Origin: Planctomycetota bacterium
GTDB taxonomy: Bacteria; Planctomycetota; SZUA-567; H5-PLA8
Direction of reading: 5' to 3'
Assembly: GCA_045863855.1 (NCBI GenBank)
Contig: BTVV01000096.1
Location: 1-24,124, forward strand
Length of the DNA: 24,124 bases
The notes beneath the pieces are model-generated. The model did not search any database and was not told where the DNA came from. It was given only the letters and a program-made list of their open reading frames with translations. The position numbers were made by a program, and so were the translations under genes. Positions 15,244 through 24,124 of the stretch are shown piece after piece; the first letter of the stretch is position 1, and each line of letters begins with the position of its first letter.

Positions 15244-18200
15244 TTACAAACGCAATTCAGCTTTCAGGAATGCACACAATCGATCGGCCATAAGCTCATG
15301 GGTCTTCAGACTCGGGTGCCAGTCGGCGCCAAAGCCGTTTTCGCCTTTTTGCGTTTCAAAGACCAGCATTCGAACTCGGGAATCGCCACGTGCGATCTGT
15401 TCGGCAACCACCCGGCTTAGGTACCGCTTAATGGTGGTCAGCGCATTTTTGCTGGGAGAGAAAGGGTCGCTCATCATGGGGCCGATTGCGCATACAATCA
15501 GGGTTTCGGGGTAGCGCGCACGAATGCTCCCGATGAAAGCGTGATAAGCCCCTACCCAGCCTGATTCCTCGGGGTTGCCGCCGGCGAAATCGTTGGTGCC
15601 CAGGTTGATCACGACGGCGTGCGGCGGCCTCGCGTCGAATGAAAAAGCGCTGCCCGCATCGAGCGGGAGCGTGCGGTCCCACAATTCCGAAAGGGAATTT
15701 CTTGGCCAAAGACATTTTCCTGACCATGCAATGATCGTGGCTTCCGCGTCGAGGGAGCGCGCCGCCAGAGCTCCGTATCCCAGATAGGCGTTCTCGGTCG
15801 CTGCCGAAAATTTCTCGTGCTGATTCTTCGCCTCATTGCCGTACCCGCAAGTGATCGAGTCGCCTAGAAATTCAATGCGCCTTTCCTTGCGCAACAGAGG
15901 GAGCAATTCGGCTCCGGTACTCAATTCGAATCCGTGGATCTGCCAGGTTCCAAAAATCGGCTCGGTGCGCTTAATCACGGCGACAACGTGCTCTCCGAGC
16001 GGGAGGTCAGAGGCCAGACCGTAGCGGTGCCGGCCGCTCTTGAGGGCAAGCACGCTCCTGGGTTGACCGTCGACCACTACTTGCAAGCGGGTGTCCTTGT
16101 CAGTCGAGAACCATGCATTGGCGGCGGTGCCGCGGAACTTGAAGGTCACCTCGGAAAGGCTCCAAGCCGCACGAGGTCCGGCGGGATCGCGTGTATCGAA
16201 GCGGCCGATATACGTCAAACGCTCATGCCCGTGCGGAACTTCGACGGGGAGGCCGTCCGTTGCATTCTGGCCTTGGGATGCCTCCGGGGCCGCGGCAGCC
16301 CAGCCCAAGTCTCGCTCCAGCGCCTCCACCAGCATCGCGCTCATCCGGCGGTGTGTCGCTACGCTTGGATGCCAGTTCGCTCCGATTCCGTCCTCTCGGC
16401 GCTGGCTGGGCCACGCAATGACCGCCACGCGCGCATCCCCTGAGGTCTTGCGTGCCGTGACGATGGCTGCCAGGTAACGCATCAGCGTGGCGCGCGGTTT
16501 GGCCTCCCCTTTTACGTACTGGTCATTCATGATGACCGAAGGTCCCAGGTAGATGTAGGCGTTCGGATATTTCTCGCGCAGCCGTGAAATGAATCCAAGA
16601 TAGGCGGCGGTCCAGGTCTGCTCATCGGGAATGTCTTCGCGAAAGTCGTTTCCGGAAAGCGCAATGACTACCGCGTCGGGTGCAGGCTTGGTGAAAGCCC
16701 AAGCCACTTTCGGTTCGAGTGGAATGGTGTCGAAGGCTATACTCGAAATGCCATCAGACCCCGCCATTTTGCGGCCCGACCAGGCGATACAGGTGAAGTC
16801 CGCCCCTACGCGGCGCGCGGCTTGCGCGCCGTAGGTCAACCAGGCGTTCTGAGTCTCTGCCGAAAACGATTCCTTCTCGCTCGTCGCTTCGTTACCGTAG
16901 CCGGCAGAGATGGAGTCACCGAAAATTTCTATCCGCCGCTCGATAGGTGGCATCGGGAGCACGTGCGCGCCCGCATTAGCCTCGAATCCCATGAAACGAA
17001 ATGCCCCAAAGCTGGCTTCAGTGCGCTTGACCAGGCTGATCACATGCTCCCCTTCGGGCAGTCCCCGTGCCAGCGCATAGCGTCCTTCGCCTCGCGTGGG
17101 AACGAGTACGCCGGTGCTCTGGCCGTCGAGCACGACTTCGTAACGATTACTCCCTTCCTCGAATAGTTGCGCATTAAGGTCGCGGCCGGAAAAACGGACG
17201 GTTACCGCGGATGCCGGCCAAGCCGCTCGGGGTTTGGAGGGGTCGGTCGCGTCAAAACGGCCGCTGTATCGAAGTCCGATTTCGCTGGCATCGATGCGAA
17301 CGGGGAGGGGATCGGCTTTGGCGAACGTCGTGGGCCGTATACTTACACCGGAAGCTTCCGCGGGCCGGACCTTGGCGTCGTCCAGCCATGCTTTTCCGTT
17401 GCCCTTGACCAGGAGACCGAAGAGCGCGTGCCGGGTCCTCGGGGAGAGTTCAAACGTCGTGTCGAAATCCGTCCAAGTACCGCGCGGTTCGATCCGTGCC
17501 AGGACCTTCCAGTCCACCTGTTTCCATTGCCCGTCGAAGGCTTGCACGACCACTTGTGCGACATCGAAGGTACCTTCGGCGCGAACGGAGCCGGTGGCGC
17601 GGACCTTGCCTTCAGGCGTGGGGCTCAGTCGCTGCTGGGCGAATCCCGAGCCGCTTTCGCCTTGCGTATCCAGTCTTAGCGCGGCAGGCGTGCTCTTGAA
17701 AACCGTACGGTCGCGGATCATCCGAATGTTGCCGCTTCGAGTGCTTCCTAAGCTCCAATCTTTAGGTTCTTCGGCCCCCTCACTCAGGTCGCCGTTCCGC
17801 AGCAGGGCAATGTCGGTAGAGGCCGATACACCCGGAGCCAGCACGCGGCCAGTCGCGTACGCTTTCGGATCGCCATGAAGTTCTTCTAGAGGCAAGAAGA
17901 AGACCCCGTTGCCGCCCGTGCCCAGTTGCAGCCGATCGCCGGAAAAGGCCGGTACGTTTCGGGCATGCCGGTACGGAAGCGTCTGCGGCGCTGCGCGCCA
18001 GGTATCGCCGGCGTCTTCGCTGACCAGGAGCTGCCCCTGTCCGTTGGCTGCCACTCGGCCGGGCTTGACGAGGTCGCATGCCACCGACCAGATGTCGCGT
18101 TCGACGAGTTGCTTCCACGTAAGGCCGCCGTCGTCGGTGCGCCAAAGGCCCCCTTCCTTGCGCGCAGCGAAGAAGCGTCCGGCCGTATGGATATCGGCGG

Positions 18201-19983
18201 CAAGCGCGTTAACGCCACCGCCCTCGCCTGCGCGAATCTCCTCCCAGCGGCCGGATGGTGTATCGAATCGGAACGTGCGGCCCGTGTCGCAACTGTTGGC
18301 CAGTAGCTGTCCTTTCGAGTCCACCGCCAGTTCGGGTCCGGAGACCCATATCTCTTTGCGGAAGAAGTGCCCGACCTTGGGTAGGCCGGCGCCCACCCAG
18401 GCCCACGTCTCTCCGGCGTCGGTGCTTTCGTACACGCCGCCTCCGCCAGGCTCTATAGGACCACTAACGGCCAGGTAAGCCACATCCTCCTTTTGGGGAT
18501 GCGCGACCACGGTATTGCAGCGTTCGCGCTTCATGTCGGGGAGACCCTTCATCGCGGAACGCTTCCACGAACGGCCGCCGTCGTCGCTGCGAAAAACTTG
18601 GTTCGACATCCATTCCCAGGTGCTTGTTCCCGTCGCGTATAGGCGATCACGCTTCGCTAGACACGGCGAGATATATTTCACGTTGCTTGAAATGCCGTTT
18701 TTGATCTGGGCATACGACGCGCCGCCGTCTTCGCTTCGGAAATAGCCCACGTCCGCCACGCCCGCATGTACGACCTCGGGACGCCACGGATCCTGCTGAA
18801 CAACATGTACGACTGTCATCTCGACGCCATCGGTCGTGAGCTTCCAGTTGCGGCCTTCGTTCCAGGACTGGTATAGGCTGTACCAGTCGGTAAAGACCCA
18901 ATGCTTGGGGTCGTGCGGGCTGACGGCGACGAAGCTAAGTGCATTTCCGAAGTGCTTGTAACGCCCTTCGCCCATCGCGCCCCACCAGCCGGATTCGTCC
19001 ACGCGATCGCACACGATGCGTTTCCATGATTTAGAATCTTTCTCGAGCTTGTACATCCAACCGCCGTGGCTGCCGGCCAGCATGAAATCCGGTCCGGCGC
19101 AGAGCGCTTCGAAGATGCCGTCTGCCCCGGCAGAATCTTTTTCCGGATAAGGTGGGAGTCCGGCGGTGAATGGCGCCCAAGACTGGCCGGCATCGCGGCT
19201 TTGGACGATTTGTTTTTTGCGAACGATGCCCCAGAGGATGCCCGCATCGTGAGGATCCTGGACGATCTCGCTGGGAGTGGACTCGGACAGCAGTTCCCAA
19301 GAGTTGCCTCCGTCTAGGCTGCGGTACAGCCCGCTCTTTAGTTCGATCTTTGCCTCTTTCCATTTCCAGTCCTTGTAAGGCCGTGCACAGAGCCACAGCC
19401 GCTTCGGACTGGAGCGGTCGATGCAGAGGTCGGACGGCATTACTTTTTCGGGTCCGAGCTTGATCCAGGACTCTCCGGCGTCGGAGGACCGAAAGACGCC
19501 GTCGCCTATGGAGGCTGCGTAGAGCAACGCGGGATGATCCGGGTCGCGCACGAGCACGCGTCCTTCGCCGCGATACCAGCCGTTGCCCCAGAACGCTGCT
19601 TCCAGGACCTGCTTCCAGCGGATTCCGCCATCCACGCTGAGGTATACGCCTTGGTTGGTGCAGAGGTGGATGCGATCGGCGTCTTTCGGGTCGGCGACCA
19701 GCCCCCGAATCTCGTAGCTCTTGCCGTCCGCGGGCAGGCCGGCGTGAATCATCCGCCAAGTCTGACCTCCATCGTCGGACCGGAATGCCCCGCCTACATC
19801 GCTGGTCATGTACATACGCTTTGAATCGCTATGGCAAAATACGACGTGCTGGAGGTATCCACCGCCTTGTATTTTGCCACTTCGCCAAGGCCCATAGGTG
19901 CGGTGTGGCGGCACGGCGGTTTCCGCACAGGATCGCCCAATACCGATGGCCAGCATTAGGCAGAGAAGTGCACGCGTCATCAT
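15244..19983 (-). CDS. Secreted multimodular enzyme: GH74-like (BNR/Asp-box double beta-propeller) hydrolase, CBM4/9-like domain, and two tandem CE2-type SGNH acetyl esterase modules (1579 aa)
   Basis: Signal-peptide-like N-terminus. 'GGGYLQHVVF...YMTSDVGGAFRSDDGG.TW' and a second-propeller 'GVADVG'; many S.D.G..W Asp-boxes. CBM-like 'LLRNGDLSEG....DW'. Two units of 'Y.GRFD..DP..PRAAW' + 'RRIE..GDSI..GYG' + 'L..ND' + 'GA(N/D)WHPS..TH'. Confidence 0.9.
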   Translation of the reverse strand: MMTRALLCLMLAIGIGRSCAETAVPPHRTYGPWRSGKIQGGGYLQHVVFCHSDSKRMYMTSDVGGAFRSDDGGQTWRMIHAGLPADGKSYEIRGLVADPKDADRIHLCTNQGVYLSVDGGIRWKQVLEAAFWGNGWYRGEGRVLVRDPDHPALLYAASIGDGVFRSSDAGESWIKLGPEKVMPSDLCIDRSSPKRLWLCARPYKDWKWKEAKIELKSGLYRSLDGGNSWELLSESTPSEIVQDPHDAGILWGIVRKKQIVQSRDAGQSWAPFTAGLPPYPEKDSAGADGIFEALCAGPDFMLAGSHGGWMYKLEKDSKSWKRIVCDRVDESGWWGAMGEGRYKHFGNALSFVAVSPHDPKHWVFTDWYSLYQSWNEGRNWKLTTDGVEMTVVHVVQQDPWRPEVVHAGVADVGYFRSEDGGASYAQIKNGISSNVKYISPCLAKRDRLYATGTSTWEWMSNQVFRSDDGGRSWKRSAMKGLPDMKRERCNTVVAHPQKEDVAYLAVSGPIEPGGGGVYESTDAGETWAWVGAGLPKVGHFFRKEIWVSGPELAVDSKGQLLANSCDTGRTFRFDTPSGRWEEIRAGEGGGVNALAADIHTAGRFFAARKEGGLWRTDDGGLTWKQLVERDIWSVACDLVKPGRVAANGQGQLLVSEDAGDTWRAAPQTLPYRHARNVPAFSGDRLQLGTGGNGVFFLPLEELHGDPKAYATGRVLAPGVSASTDIALLRNGDLSEGAEEPKDWSLGSTRSGNIRMIRDRTVFKSTPAALRLDTQGESGSGFAQQRLSPTPEGKVRATGSVRAEGTFDVAQVVVQAFDGQWKQVDWKVLARIEPRGTWTDFDTTFELSPRTRHALFGLLVKGNGKAWLDDAKVRPAEASGVSIRPTTFAKADPLPVRIDASEIGLRYSGRFDATDPSKPRAAWPASAVTVRFSGRDLNAQLFEEGSNRYEVVLDGQSTGVLVPTRGEGRYALARGLPEGEHVISLVKRTEASFGAFRFMGFEANAGAHVLPMPPIERRIEIFGDSISAGYGNEATSEKESFSAETQNAWLTYGAQAARRVGADFTCIAWSGRKMAGSDGISSIAFDTIPLEPKVAWAFTKPAPDAVVIALSGNDFREDIPDEQTWTAAYLGFISRLREKYPNAYIYLGPSVIMNDQYVKGEAKPRATLMRYLAAIVTARKTSGDARVAVIAWPSQRREDGIGANWHPSVATHRRMSAMLVEALERDLGWAAAAPEASQGQNATDGLPVEVPHGHERLTYIGRFDTRDPAGPRAAWSLSEVTFKFRGTAANAWFSTDKDTRLQVVVDGQPRSVLALKSGRHRYGLASDLPLGEHVVAVIKRTEPIFGTWQIHGFELSTGAELLPLLRKERRIEFLGDSITCGYGNEAKNQHEKFSAATENAYLGYGALAARSLDAEATIIAWSGKCLWPRNSLSELWDRTLPLDAGSAFSFDARPPHAVVINLGTNDFAGGNPEESGWVGAYHAFIGSIRARYPETLIVCAIGPMMSDPFSPSKNALTTIKRYLSRVVAEQIARGDSRVRMLVFETQKGENGFGADWHPSLKTHELMADRLCAFLKAELRL

Positions 19984-21020
19984 TTCTGATCCTCAGGGAA
20001 ACACGATTTCTTGGAAAGTCCCACCGGACCCGTGGATTCACGAATAACCAATTCTTCCTTCAAAATGATGGATGACTTTGGCCTGTCTGGGGATTCCATG
20101 CGCTGCAACAACAAGCGCGCCCCTTGCACAGCGGCTTCCTGGGACGGAAGGCGAAGAGCCGTTAATGCGGGGTTAAGAAACATCACGGGATAGTCGTCGT
20201 TAAAACAGACTAGATTGAAGTCCGTGGGAACGCTCAAGTTTGCGCGCCCCGCGGCCTGTAACAAGCCTACGGCCTGGAAGTGATGATAGGCCACAATGGC
20301 GGTTGCTCCCCGGCGGCGGACCGTTTGGTCCAGAAAGTCATCGGGTGGGTCAGGCAGCGGGCGATCGTAGCCTTGCATCGGCGAGAGTCCGTGTTGCTCC
20401 ATCCACGCTCGATAGGCATCGCGCCGGGCAGTTTCGCTGCAATGTCCCGCATACAAGCCGCCGTAATGCGCATAAGCGATTCTTCTATGGCCAAGGCCAT
20501 ATAGGTGGTTAAGCGCCTGACGCATCCCATCCGCATCGTCGTACAGAATCACATCACCCCTGGGCCCGGCAGTTCCGTTCAGGCTTACATAGGGGATACC
20601 CGCATCTTCAACCGCCTGAATCTCCGCAGGACTGACTACGCCATAGGCAACGGCTCCGTCCAATCGCCACGGGGGCAACTGTTGATAGGACTTTGAGCGC
20701 GGTACGCAGTAAATGTTCAGGTGCAGGCCTGCGGGATCGAAGACCGAAAGGAGTCCGTGAAGAATACCTTCTGGAAGATTTATCGGGACATGACGTGCCA
20801 GAATACCCACTATCCGCGACCTGTTCTGTCGCAGGGACTGTGCCACGATGTCGGGACGGTAGTTCAAGCTTTCCGCGGCAGAAAGCACTCGCTGCCTTAC
20901 TTCGGGGCGCACCGAAAACCCCTTGTCGCAATGGTTCAAGACACGGCTTACCGTTGCCGCGGACACTCCGGCCTTCTCGGCAATCCGTTTAAGGCTGGCA
21001 GGACGAGGTGGTTTCGGCAC
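19980..21020 (-). CDS. LacI family transcriptional regulator (346 aa)
   Basis: HTH 'SLKRIAEKAGVSAATVSRVLN', hinge 'LNYRPDIVAQSL', 'HLYGLGHRRIAY', 'VPTDFNLVCFND', C-terminal 'LVIRESTGP'. Start placed at GTG 21020 after GGAGG. The stop overlaps the downstream ATG (ATGA, 19980-19983). Confidence 0.95.
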   Translation of the reverse strand: MPKPPRPASLKRIAEKAGVSAATVSRVLNHCDKGFSVRPEVRQRVLSAAESLNYRPDIVAQSLRQNRSRIVGILARHVPINLPEGILHGLLSVFDPAGLHLNIYCVPRSKSYQQLPPWRLDGAVAYGVVSPAEIQAVEDAGIPYVSLNGTAGPRGDVILYDDADGMRQALNHLYGLGHRRIAYAHYGGLYAGHCSETARRDAYRAWMEQHGLSPMQGYDRPLPDPPDDFLDQTVRRRGATAIVAYHHFQAVGLLQAAGRANLSVPTDFNLVCFNDDYPVMFLNPALTALRLPSQEAAVQGARLLLQRMESPDRPKSSIILKEELVIRESTGPVGLSKKSCFPEDQK

Positions 21021-21038
21021 AACTCCTCCAGACAGGCC

Positions 21039-21054
21039 TAGTAATCGTTTACTA
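21039..21054. promoter_or_regulatory. Putative LacI-family operator
   Basis: TAGTAATCGTTTACTA is a 16-bp near-palindrome with central CG and the AANCGNTT core typical of LacI/GalR operators. It lies 18 bp upstream of the LacI start codon. Confidence 0.7.
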
Positions 21055-21150
21055 ATACACCATTGGGGTATGCAAGCAAAGCAAAAAGTAGCTTCTAGAG
21101 GCAAGATTTTGGTGGGTGAACCCGATCCTAAGGCGCCCAGCCAGTTTCCT

Positions 21151-21203
21151 GCAACTCATTAAGTGGCACACTCGTTACGGCAGTGCAGCAACTCGTACTA
21201 GGC
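21151..21203. repeat. Three imperfect ~16-bp direct repeats
   Basis: GCAACTCATTAAGTGGC (21151), GCACACTCGTTACGGC (21166), GCAACTCGTACTAGGC (21188). Confidence 0.3.
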
Positions 21204-21340
21204 TTGAAGGTCGCGCGCCTGCCTTCGAGCCGTTTTGCGGATTCTGCCGTGACGCGCTACTGCGCCTCGATCCCGTTCAGCGCGACAAAGCCATGCGGGC
21301 TGCTTACGTGCAGATTCAATCTCTCGTCGCCATAACAGAG

Positions 21341-23224
21341 CTACTCTCCTTCATAAGCTCCGATACTGGGTGACTTACCGCTTCGTGACTTGCCATCATA
21401 ATCATCGCTCACGCCCAAGTCTAAACCGGCGTTGACCGCCGGACTGCCTGCCTTGGGACGGAAATCGCCGCTATTTGCATCTATGAAAAGCTTGCTCAAA
21501 TCAGTCTCCACGATACAACCCTTGCCCATAAACTCCTTGTCCACCGCATGGGTATAAATATTGTGCGAATAATCTCCATTTAAGCGCCCGCTCACACCAG
21601 CCAGAATATTGTTTTTTACGACCAACCCAACTGGTTCATCCTTCATGTTGCTAAATAGGCCGCGGGAATGGGCCTTCTCGGCGTGGCCGCCCACGAAAAT
21701 ATTATGGATAATCTTCACATTCTGGAGCGTCGGACCGGCCCAGTAACCGCTTTCATGCCCCATCGTACTCCACATGCCAATCGACATGGTATTGCTGCTG
21801 AAGACATTATTACGAATCGTCACGTTTTCAGCCTGTTTGATGGTTAGCGGAATGTTTCCGCTATGGACGTAGTTTCGTTCGATCAAGATGTCGCGATTGC
21901 CAAGGTAAAACGTGAGCCCATTTGCGTGCATGCCGGTGAAGCCGCTGACCTCGCACTGACTGACCGTTCCACCCCTTACCGTATAGAAATCAAGGGCCGT
22001 GGCCGTGGGTTTGAGGATGCGTGTTCGAATGACGGAGCAGTTGGTGCTGTTACGCATGAACACGCCAAATGTGTGACCTGGAAGGTGGTGGACATAGCAA
22101 TCCAGCAAGCTGACACCTTCCGACTGATCGGCGCGAAATCCGGCGCTGCCGCGCACCTGGGCAATTTCGCAATGCTCAAACTGGACATCCTTAGCCTTAT
22201 TCACATACACGCCATGCGCCTTGGCGCCGCCCTGGCGTTCGATCTTGAATCCGCGCACCCGCACGTGTTGTACCTGCTGCAGGTCAAAGCCCGTATCAAG
22301 GACGCTGTGTGATATGCCATCCGGCTGGTCCTTCTCGATATGCGCGGGCCATGCGAACACTCGAACTTTCTCCGGCGTCAGGCGCTGCATGGCATACTCA
22401 CCCGGTTGATCTAGAATCTTCACGGAATTAAAGAAGCAATAGGTCGTGCCATCCTGATAAGTTTTATTCTTCGTCATTTTATCTGTGAATAATGTCGTTT
22501 TCAGAGTCTGGGTTTTGGCATCGAATCCGGTAACCGTCAGGTAGCAGGCCATGTTGTGCCCGCCGTGAAAACAGAGCCCCATATCCTTGTAGTAATCGTC
22601 CGGCTTTCCGGCCAGATTATCGGGATCCGAGAAATGCATGCCATCTTTACTCCGCAGAATGGCCATTCTTGCGCGCAAGAAGGTCTTCAAAGACTCCTGA
22701 AAGAGGGGGTCGGCCGGGTTGGGATGTTGGCTGATCGCCATCGGCACTTCAGGTCCAAGCAGGTTCAGGCCTCGCCACGATCCCTGGTAGATCATGTCCG
22801 TATACCAAAGGTTCGCGAACTGCGGATTACCGCTGGCTTCGTCTGCGCTCTTACAGCGATGCCACCCCGTGAGCGAATGCGAACCGTCGATAATGGCCCG
22901 GCCATTGCCAAAGGAGTTCTCGGTATTACCGTCGTAGATTAGTGGCTTTTCCAGCGATCCAGAAAAAGCCTTACTGATTTTTCCTCGATAGCGTACTCCG
23001 CCCATAAAGATGACTTTGTCCCCCGCTTCCAAGCGGCACGCTGCGGACTTATCCGTAGCATTCTCATCGCTTGGGCAGTGCTTCCATGCTTCCTGGGCTG
23101 AATTGCCGGTACGGTTGTCCTGACCGTTCTCGAAATCGATATAATAGGTTGCCGCGTGGCACATCGCGGTGCCTCCCAGACAAAAAAGAAGAGTCAGAAG
23201 CGGGGTGGTGCGCAAGATATGCAT
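21341..23224 (-). CDS. Secreted right-handed parallel beta-helix protein (putative glycoside hydrolase or lyase), 627 aa
   Basis: GAGGGAG RBS and signal peptide. 'ATYYIDFENGQD...G.S...AWK', 'GDKVIF..G..Y', beta-helix repeats ('NVTIRNNVF', 'ILIERNYVH'), and a C-terminal 'DFRPKAGSPAVNAG...DYDGKSR...PSIGAYE' tail. Confidence 0.9.
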   Translation of the reverse strand: MHILRTTPLLTLLFCLGGTAMCHAATYYIDFENGQDNRTGNSAQEAWKHCPSDENATDKSAACRLEAGDKVIFMGGVRYRGKISKAFSGSLEKPLIYDGNTENSFGNGRAIIDGSHSLTGWHRCKSADEASGNPQFANLWYTDMIYQGSWRGLNLLGPEVPMAISQHPNPADPLFQESLKTFLRARMAILRSKDGMHFSDPDNLAGKPDDYYKDMGLCFHGGHNMACYLTVTGFDAKTQTLKTTLFTDKMTKNKTYQDGTTYCFFNSVKILDQPGEYAMQRLTPEKVRVFAWPAHIEKDQPDGISHSVLDTGFDLQQVQHVRVRGFKIERQGGAKAHGVYVNKAKDVQFEHCEIAQVRGSAGFRADQSEGVSLLDCYVHHLPGHTFGVFMRNSTNCSVIRTRILKPTATALDFYTVRGGTVSQCEVSGFTGMHANGLTFYLGNRDILIERNYVHSGNIPLTIKQAENVTIRNNVFSSNTMSIGMWSTMGHESGYWAGPTLQNVKIIHNIFVGGHAEKAHSRGLFSNMKDEPVGLVVKNNILAGVSGRLNGDYSHNIYTHAVDKEFMGKGCIVETDLSKLFIDANSGDFRPKAGSPAVNAGLDLGVSDDYDGKSRSGKSPSIGAYEGE

Positions 23225-23274
23225 GTCAATCTCCCTCGAATGCGGCGTTAATGATTCGTCCTGCCTTCAGCCGT

Positions 23275-24123
23275 CTACTGGCTCCGCTCCGCAGTACAAA
23301 AGTCGATTTCCTGCTGCGGCTTTCCCGAAGCGTCCACAAACGGTTCGTCCAGGTGGCCTTCGACCGTATTGCCCACCGCCTTCACGTTCGAAACATCTTT
23401 TGCAAGGTACAGCGCGTGGCGCTGCGTGCGGGCGTCACCGGCTCGCGTTTCGCGGATGATGTTGTTCTCGAACACCAGATCCTTGGTCACTCCGCCCACA
23501 TGAATGCCGCAGCCGATGCCTTCCCAAGGCTGTAGGCGCTTCTTAATGTCGGCCAATTCATCAGGACGGGAGCCGTTATTCTCGATGAGGTTCTCCCTCA
23601 CCACGTTGCGGTGAGCGCCGTTCCCTTCGGTTTTGGTGCGGAAGCAAATCCCGAACTTCTTGTTCTCATAGATTCGGTTGCGCAGAATCAGGTTATCCGT
23701 GTCTTTATGACCGATGCACAGCCCGCTGCGCAGCAGGCGCCAACCGTTATGGTGAATGTCATTGTCTTCGAACGTGCTGTGGTGAATGCCCCAGCAGATG
23801 TACAATCCGTCGCAGCCATTTCGATGGATGTGACAGCGTCGTACCGTGCAGTACGCGCTGTGGCTTCCGGGGTGAATGCCGTAGAAATGGTTATCGACTG
23901 TCTCGCAATCCTCTATCGTCATCCCCAAGCTGGTCTTGCCAAAGCATAATCCATCACCTAGAGAGTTTTTTGCCAACAGACGGCGCATGACTCCATGCCG
24001 GCTGCGGAAGAAATACACCAGCGCGGTGCGCGGTCCGGCTACCCCTTTGGCTTCTGGCTCATTCGCCGCCCATGAAGACGGATCCACCAAACCGCGTGCC
24101 ACCCCCACGGCCGGGCCTTCGGG
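23275..24123 (-). CDS. Right-handed parallel beta-helix repeat protein; 5' end lies outside the window
   Basis: Frame is open to the window edge. Repeats 'TIEDCETVDNHFYGIHPG', 'TVRRCHIHRNGCDGLY', 'FEDNDIHHNG', 'ILRNRIYENKKFGI', 'VVRENLIENNG'. Ends 50 bp before the next gene on the same strand. Confidence 0.85.
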   Translation of the reverse strand, partial: PEGPAVGVARGLVDPSSWAANEPEAKGVAGPRTALVYFFRSRHGVMRRLLAKNSLGDGLCFGKTSLGMTIEDCETVDNHFYGIHPGSHSAYCTVRRCHIHRNGCDGLYICWGIHHSTFEDNDIHHNGWRLLRSGLCIGHKDTDNLILRNRIYENKKFGICFRTKTEGNGAHRNVVRENLIENNGSRPDELADIKKRLQPWEGIGCGIHVGGVTKDLVFENNIIRETRAGDARTQRHALYLAKDVSNVKAVGNTVEGHLDEPFVDASGKPQQEIDFCTAERSQ

Positions 24124-24124
24124 C

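Noticed and set aside
17140..17150. GTAACGATTAC as a second LacI operator
   Set aside because: One base shorter than the upstream site, deep in coding sequence, and explained by codons.
21021..21373. Longer LacI start (21104) and the 85-aa + ORF 21116-21373
   Set aside because: The longer start would run through the operator, whereas GTG 21020 has an RBS. The + ORF lacks motifs and overlaps the opposite gene.

Overview
GC-rich bacterial window. The gene types (c-type cytochrome fusions, a Zn-finger/TM protein, many secreted glycan-active proteins) suggest Planctomycetota or another PVC lineage, but that is inference only. Left: the 3' 4.4 kb of a large DUF3686-type AAA+ ATPase gene, then a 156-nt rod-like hairpin and the left end of a decayed IS66 element. 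Middle (+ strand, 5033-14594): a double Zn-finger/TM/DNRLRE (CBM96-like) protein, an AraC regulator, an uncharacterised secreted protein, a small membrane protein, and a 1630-aa secreted PQQ-sugar-dehydrogenase/Calx-beta/diheme cytochrome c/2x DNRLRE fusion. This block is closed by a frameshifted DUF3800 pseudogene not visible in the ORF track. Right (- strand, convergent): two parallel beta-helix proteins, and a LacI regulator with an upstream LacI-type operator whose stop codon overlaps the start of a 1579-aa GH74-like/CBM/2x CE2 esterase enzyme. Overall this is an accessory polysaccharide-sensing/degradation region. No rRNA, tRNA or CRISPR array was seen. Family assignments are from recognised motifs; no searches were run.
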